From: Lama glama
Taxonomy: Eukaryota
DNA: 64,000 nucleotides
Reading direction: 5' to 3'
Assembly: GCA_028534125.1 (NCBI GenBank)
Contig: CM052816.1
Coordinates: forward strand, 101,432,001 to 101,496,000
The position numbers were made by a program, and so were the translations under genes. Of the stretch, positions 57,000 to 64,000 are shown piece by piece (position 1 is the first letter of the stretch; each line of letters begins with the position of its first letter). Under the pieces are notes generated by a model. That model saw only the letters and a program-made list of their open reading frames with translations. It was not told the origin of the DNA and did not search any database.

Positions 57000-59900
57000 C
57001 CGCATCAGCATTCATGGTGCGAGGTTGGCCTATTCCTTTGTGTTTGGTGCATTCTGGGTTTTGGCATTGATGTTCTAAGCAATTCATAAAGAGAATCCAG
57101 AATTTTCTATTCCTAGTCTCGCTCTGAAACCATTTAAAGAGCAGGTCTGGTGACCTTTTTCAGATGCAGGTCTTTGACAAATTCCACTAATTTTTCTATG
57201 GAAAGCAGTTTAATTAAAGTTTATATGTCTTCAATTTCCTTTGGGTAAAGTACTCTTTCCTATAAAGGTTTCCATGTGACAGAGGCTTACACTGATTTAG
57301 ATGGAAAAGGAATCAAGCCTGATTTTTACGTATTTCCTCTCCTTCCATAGCTATTTCCCCTTATTTTTTCCGATTAAAAATATTGTGGTAAAATACACAT
57401 AACAAAATTTACCATCTTAACAACATCAAGTGTATGTTTAGTGGCATTAAGTATATGCCAAATGCTGGCAACAGTCACCACCATCCATCTCCATAACTCT
57501 CCTCCGCCTGCGAAGCTGACACCCAACTCCATTGCATAGTAAGTCCCCATCCCCTCCCGCGGGCCCCGACACCCCCTCCTGCCTTCTGTCTCCGGGGCTC
57601 TGATGCCCTGCGCAGCTCGTGTCAGCGTGGCCACACGGTGTCAGCATGATGTCCTCAGGGCTCGCCCGCGTGCAGCGTGTCTTGCTTGTATCCGATTGCC
57701 CGTGGCCTATGCTGGTTTACTCGTCGATGCTTTGCTGTCTTGCGAGTCTCGAGTGTCTTTCTCCACCCTGTTGATTGTGCCCTCCCGAGTTCACGCACAC
57801 ATCCGTGTCCGCGCTCGTGTCAGAGACTGCCGCCCTGTCACCTACTTACAGAGGTCGGTGCTGGGGCCATTCTGTTCTCTTAAATCACGCTGTGAAGCCT
57901 CACCTCCTTTCTTCTCCCCCGGAAGAGAGTATGTAGGACCGATGTCATTTCTTCCACAACATTTGGAAGAATTTACTGGCAAAGTCAACTGGATGTGGAG
58001 TTTTTGTGGGAACGTGTTTAGTAGGGCTATTCAGACTTAAATTTTTTCCTGTATTAGTTTTGGCAAGTTGCATTTTTCAGAATTTGCTCAGTGCGTCTAA
58101 GTTGTCACCATTATTGGCAGAAATTGTTCAGCGTATCCTTCCATGAATGGGTGTCTGTGGGGTCCCTAGTGATGTCTCAGCCTCATTTGTGACGTTGTTA
58201 ATTGTGCCTCCCGATAGTCCACTTGATCAAACTTTCTAGGAATTTATTATTTTATTTTTATTATTCCATTTCAAACAAATAGCCGTTGGCTATTGATTTT
58301 TTTCTCGTGTATGCTTTACAGTTTATTAATGACTGATTTTATCATGACTTCATTCTAATTTATTGAGTGTACTTGTTTAATTTTCTGTCCTTTTTCCAGA
58401 TTCTTGAGTCAAGTACTTAGCTCTTTGATATTCAGTATTTCCCCTAATATTTGTACTGAAACTCACGCATTTTCTTCTCAGTGCAGCTGTAACCACGTCA
58501 CACAAGTGTTTATACTTCATATTCTCATCATCATCCAATTCAAAGCACTTCCTAATTTCCACTGAGACGTCTCCTGGACTAATGGATCACTTATAAGTTT
58601 ACGACTTTGTTTTCAAGCATTTGGAAATTTCCCCCATGTATCTTTTTGTCCCAGTTTTGTGCACTTGTAACAAAGTGCCCACTGCAGTCGCCTGTTAGAA
58701 GCAGGGTCTGTGCCTGTCACTCAGCTCAAATCTATTTATCATGTTTTTAAAATCCTCAGCATTTCTGCCAGGTTTTGTCTCTGTGTGGTGCAGCGTTCCC
58801 CGTCCTTTCACGATTGTGTGTGAGCATGTGTGTGTCATTTGGAGGAACGTTGGTTTGATTTTTGTGTGTAACTCAGCCTGAAACCTTCATCTTCTAATTA
58901 GAGAATTACTACACTGTACTGACTTAACGAAATCACGAGGACATTATTCTGGTGTAGCTTATGGCTCACTTGTGTCAAACTTACCACGCTACACTTGGCT
59001 TTCCAGTGGTCTCCTCTATTCCTCTAAAACCTCTCTCTGCTTGACTTTGACTCATCAGCTATCTCTTATGATTTCCCCCAAAGCTGTTTTCTGTTATTCT
59101 CTTAACACCTCTCCACACGCGCCTTTGGTACAGGAGCGTCAGTGCTCACTCGCAGGTGGGGTAAGGCAAGCAGGCGTCAGCCCTCGAGCCCACCGGCCTG
59201 TGCCGTGGCTCTGCAGCCCGGCTTCAGGTGCAGTGAGTTCTGTAAGAGGCGTTATTGTTGCTGCTGCAGTCAGTAGCCATCTGGGTTTCTCCACTCACTT
59301 TTCCCTGTCTATTTTTCTTCCCCCAGTTTCCTCATTTTCTTGCTTTAAAAAACCAAGATTTATCTTCTGCCTGAAAAGTTTTCTCTCACATTTATTTTGG
59401 TGAAAATCGCTGTTGACAAATGCTCCCACTTTTTTGTTCATTTGAATACAACCTGACTTCATGTTTACTTTCCAAAAGCACTTTAACTGGACAGAGAATT
59501 CTAGGTGAGCTGTTATTTCCCCAGGATTTTAAATAAATCCACTGGGGTGGGGGGTATAGCTCAGTGGTGGAGTGCATGCCTGGCATGCAGGAGGTCCTGC
59601 CATCAAGTCCTGCTACCTCCATTAAATAAGTAGATGAATAAAATTAATGACCAACCCCCCAAACAATGGAAAAAAAAAAGATCCTTCAGTTGTCTCCCAG
59701 CTCCCATCATTTCTGCGGGGAAGTCAGCTGCATGTCACGTAGTTCACGATTTTCCTCAGCTTTTATTTTCGACCCTTGGGCGCCGGTGCGCCCAGGTGCC
59801 GTTTCCTTTGTGTCTGTTTTGCTTCACGTTTGTAGATTTTCACGAACAGACAGTCTGATGCCCTTTCCTGGCTTGGGAAGCTTCTCGGCAAGTGCTTCCC

Positions 59901-60480
59901 CCAGCACTGCTCGCCCCTCACGCTCTCCTCTCTGGGGCTCCCTTGTGCCACAGCTTCGCACCGTGTCTCCTGCGCCCTCTGTGCAGGTACCCCGTTTCCG
60001 TCCTTTCAGCGCTCACCCCGCTGTTCGTGGTGTTTTCTGCTGACTCTGCTGGTCCCGTGGCCTCTGCTCTGCGCCCTGACCCGTCCCCAAACCCATCCGT
60101 CAAGGGCTTAGCCTCAGTTGACGCAGATTTTAGTTCTAGTGTTTCCACTGAGTTAAAGAATCTTTTTAGTTCTCCTGTGGAATTGTCCATCTTGTCACAT
60201 TTCTGTGTACATATTACCAGTTAATTTAATTGTTAAAAACTGGCAGAGAAGGCCTGAGAACAGTTCATTTAACACCCATGCCTGGGGAGCTCGATGTCTG
60301 CTCACGTCTGACTCTGTTTACACGGCCTCTTTGTTTCTTGGTGCTCGGCCACTTCGTCCTTGGAAATTCTGAGTGCGTTCTGGATGCCGTGCGTGGAGAC
60401 TGAGGCTTTCGATGGCATGTTTCCCTCCAGAGCCTGCTTATTTCACTTCTCGGGGGAGGCAAGCTCTGAGTCAAGGAATC
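57000..60480 (-). mobile_element. Fragmented ancient L1 (ORF2 and ORF1 relics) with nested insertions, including an L1MB-like 3' end at about 57375-57620
   Basis: AT-rich island; minus translations EIRKCFELDDDENMKYKHLCDVVTAALRRK (L1 ORF2-like) and PRILCPVKVLLESKHEVRLYSNEQK (L1 ORF1-like). Confidence 0.75.
59544..59679 (+). mobile_element. tRNA-derived SINE, camelid Vic-1-like
   Basis: ggggtatagctcagtggtggagtgcatgcctggcatgcaggaggtcctg...tacctccattaaataa...cccccc...A-tail; intact A box, degenerate B box. Confidence 0.8.
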
Positions 60481-63400
60481 TAAACGCCAGAAAGTTTAAA
60501 AATCACCAAAGAAAAAGCCACAAGCTAGGGCACTTGTAGCACCTGAGGCAGAGGTGTTAGCGGAGACAAGGTAGTTGAAATAAACACGGCAGCCGCCCTT
60601 CAGATTAAGGGAAGACATCGCCAGCTGGGAAAAGAAGCAACAAGGAGAAAGCAGAGCTAGCGGGTGCACAGCGGCTGAAAGAGCGAACTGCTCTTACAAG
60701 GTTTCAAAAGATTTGCCCCCAAAACCCACAACGAAAACCTCAGAATAAAAAGGAACAAACCCCAGAAAAGGTGTGACATATGAAGAGAGAAAAGAAAGAC
60801 TTAAGCTGTATCTTGATAAAGTTTGTTGTTGTCTTAAGAAAACACTAAGGCCAAGAAAAGAAACACACACACACACGTACACAGGGTAAAACTCCAGTGC
60901 TGTCGACAGGGGGCCGGGACGGGCAGACCAGGGTCGGCCCAGGCTGAGTGTGTCTGTCCGCGCGAGCGCAGGCAGACACAAGGACGGGGCAGGGGAGGGC
61001 GGAGCGAGCGGACGACCGAGAGGCGCCAGGACGCATCCTGACACATTGGAAGTCTCTGAAGACCTGAGGGGCTGATGGGTGCGGGCCCCCGGGCTGGCTG
61101 GACGCCCCTCTTCTCGCTCCCCTCCTCCTTGCTGACCGTTACTCCTTGTCCCCAGCCGCAGCGCCCACATGCCCAGGCCTTTGCTCTGGGGTTGTGGGGG
61201 GTGGGTCCAGGGACAGGTGCCATCCTCCTGGCCCACAGGTCACGTGACACCCCTGGCTCCTCTTGCTGGGACCACAGACGTGAGTTCCCAGGACACCCGC
61301 CCTGGTGTCCCCCCAGCACGTCCACCACCGCGTCTCCCTGCCCGCGGCAGCAGCCTCCCCCTCCAGACGACGTCCTGGGATTCGTCCTGGCCGTCCCCTC
61401 ACGCTCCGTCCAAGCTGTCGACAGTCCTCTCAGCTCTGCCTTCGAAGCCCGCCGGGCCCGGGCCCCTCACTGCAGCCCCCTCCAGGCCCCGACAGCTGCC
61501 CTGGGCTCTTACGCCCCCACACAGGGTGTCTTCCACAGGAACCAAGGGGCCTTGAAACTGAGAGCCAGGCCCAGACACCCCCGACCAAACCCCGAGGCTC
61601 CTCCCCGCTCCCAGTAAGAGCTGGAGCCTGGGCTCGCAGCCCTGGCTCGCCGCCCACCCGCCCCAGCTCCCTCCAGCCCACCCAGCTGGTCCTGCTCAGG
61701 ACAGGGCTTCTCTGCCCAAGAAGCCCACGGGCCGGGTCCCACAGGCCTTCGGTTTCTGCTCAGGGGCTGTAATGCGGATGCACCCCCTCCCCTGGCCCTG
61801 CTTTCCCGGCCGCTGCACAGACGCTGCACACGTAGACATGCTCAGCATCGCCAGACAGCTGTGCCCCAGCCCAGGGCAGCGTGGCCCCACAGTGCAGGTC
61901 AGCGGCCCCAGGGCAGAGACGATGAAGACCCCCTCCTGTCCTTGCTGGGACACCCAGACCCCTGCTGCTTCTGGGGCCGCCTCCCGGATGCGTCCTGTAT
62001 GTCCTGGGGTCTGCATGGGGGGATCACCCCCTGCTCCCCTCCTCCAGCCCACGTGGGCCTCGGCCAGCACCCAGGACGCGGTCTGCGCTCACTGTGTCCC
62101 CCGGAGGACGGCCACTCTTGAGGGCAGGGCCTTTATCTGCCTGCTGGGCCCTCAGGGCCTGGAAGAAGCACCCCCAAGCAGGCGCCCCAGGAACCGCTGA
62201 GAGAGGAGCAAAGAAAGGAGCCAGACAGAGGAGTGAGCGGGCGAGAGGGCTGCTCTGTGCAGGCCCGGGAGGCGTCCGCAGTGAGGGCGGCGGGGGGACT
62301 GGGCTCCGACCCGGCCCCGCTGGGGTGGGGGGCTGCCATTATGGCCACCCTGTGACCCGGGTGAGGGGCGTGCTCTGCACACGCCCCCGGCCAGGTGGCA
62401 GTCGGAGAGGACACAAACCAAAGACAGCTGTCACTGGTCTTGGAAAACCAGGGCCGGCCCTGCCGGGAGTCCGAAGCCCCGTCCTTCCAGTTCTGCCCCT
62501 TCATATGGAAGTAACACGGGGCCTCGCTCAAGACCCAGGCTCTTGTCTCAAACTAGGAATCAGACATTCTCCTCGGAAAATGCCACGTCAAGCGTGAGCG
62601 AGGCTTTGAACTCCAGCTTCAAGGGGAGGTTAAATTAGCTCTAAACCATAGCGTGCGAGTTTGTCAAAAGCTGACACCACATTCTGTTGCCAATTGAAAG
62701 TGACTGTTGGACCCGCTCCTCTGAGTTGTCTGACTCTACGGGTATGTCGGGCCCTTTGCAAAGCCTTAAAGGCAAGGACAGAAGCACAGAGCTCAAAAAT
62801 AATTAATGCAATTTGAGGACAATGAATAAACCCCAAAGCCCCACAAAACAGCAGAACTTCATCAAAGCAGAAACAACAAATCTGTTTCCAGTTCAGATTT
62901 GAAACCCTACCAGTGGCCCAGGGTCTAATCTTGAGGAAGAGGCTTGCGAAACACTTTGGAATGAGGGCCGGTCCTGCCCACTCCGCCCCACAGGCTCGAC
63001 ACAGCCTCGGGCCCAGAGGGACGGCCTGTCCTCGGTGTTCCGGGGAGACACGCGCAGGGCGCCCGCAGACGCGGGGAGCCGCCGTCCGGAGGCCGGGCCG
63101 CGCTCACGCGCTTCCCGGCGTCCGACCAGGCGGCACTCGAACGAACGTCTGCTTTAGGGAACCTGACTTTTGGGAAAAACCCCCTTTTCTGGCAAGTTCG
63201 ACTCAGGGCCTTGCTGCCAACACACTTGCCTCCCCAAACGCCTTTGGAAACAGGAGACAGGAGGAGGGTTAACCGAAAGCCCGTCTGTGAAGACGATGAG
63301 GGCCCGTCCTCAGCTCGCGTCCAAACACACAGGCTCCTCTCAGTGTTTGTCGCAGGGACCCGCCACCGCGGGACGCGAGCTCGTGGTGACTCGGGAAGGC

Positions 63401-63664
63401 ACGAAGGCCCTTTAAAGCGTGCACGTAGATGCTGCGTTTCTTTCAGCAATGTGGGCGGCCCAGGGGGCTGCGCCTCCCAGGCTGAGGGCTCCCAGAGCGC
63501 CTTCCCGCATCCGTCCGCGCAGACCCGAGCCCGAGGCGCCGAGCTCCGGGGAGGAGCCCACCGCAGGCCTCCCTGGGGACCCGCTCTCTCCTGAAAGTCC
63601 CGTCAGAAGCCCCTCTCTCCATGTGTATGCGTTACCGTGTTATCAGTTCCTTTTCACTCTGGTT

Positions 63665-63759
63665 GAGGGGGTGAGCAGGTTTATTTTCAGGGGCGGTACC
63701 GGGGATCGAACCCAGGACCTCTGCCTCGCGCCTCTGCCTCTTGGGCTGCACCCTCCCCC
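63665..63759 (-). mobile_element. Second Vic-1-like SINE, degenerate
   Basis: Reverse complement ggggagggtgcagcccaagaggcagag...gaggtcctgggttcgatccccggtacc...aaataaacct; B box GGTTCGATCCC. Confidence 0.7.
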
Positions 63760-64000
63760 GAGGAAGTCACTCTTTGCAGGGTCTCCATGGCACCAGTACA
63801 TTAGGTCAGTTAAGGCACAAATGGAGTCCCTGGTCCCCGAGTTCTGTCCACAGGGGCTGAGCTGGCCGGATGCCTTGACGTCACTGCGGCCCCAGACATT
63901 CTGTCTCAGCCCGCATTCCTTTGAATCGTTTAGACTGGTGTTTCTCTTCCTGTTTTCATTAGTGCTCAGGAGATGGCGTTTTGCTCCTAGAAGCCTCCTC

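Noticed and set aside
59548-59620. tRNA gene
   Set aside because: Degenerate B box, no full cloverleaf, SINE body and A-tail follow
60480-60850. Purine/A-rich stretch suggesting a processed pseudogene
   Set aside because: No sustained ORF or recognisable protein; more likely a HAL1/L1 ORF1-type relic, too weak to call
43100-64000. An additional protein-coding gene upstream of NKD2
   Set aside because: No phase-consistent exon chain or recognisable peptide; only repeat relics and GC-driven ORFs. A lncRNA cannot be excluded from sequence alone

Overview
GC-rich mammalian genomic DNA, very probably camelid (two Vic-1-like tRNA-derived SINEs), syntenic with human 5p15.33. Two convergent protein-coding genes are present. 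(1) The 3' part of SLC12A7 (KCC4, K-Cl cotransporter) on the + strand: nine constitutive coding exons between 55 and 8665, a candidate 15-nt alternative microexon at 4475-4489, a U12-type (minor spliceosome) last intron, and a 3'UTR ending near 10290. (2) The complete NKD2 gene (naked cuticle homolog 2, Wnt antagonist) on the - strand: 10 coding exons, 42312 to 16047, 1389 nt / 462 aa, with a CpG-island promoter holding a pure (GCC)27 tract. The rest is intron and intergenic sequence with L1, L2, MaLR, ERV-LTR and SINE relics, a 42-bp VNTR, simple repeats and several TCF/LEF-containing motif clusters. Most long ORFs in the six-frame track are GC-content artefacts. I found no convincing wholly new system. 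The most notable observations are the KCC4 microexon with neural splicing motifs, a degenerate NKD2 EF-hand whose changes are all AT-to-GC (matching the GC-biased decay of nearby repeats), and the CCG tract that is in frame with the NKD2 start codon. Comparisons with human/mouse proteins and repeat consensuses are from memory and need alignment to confirm.
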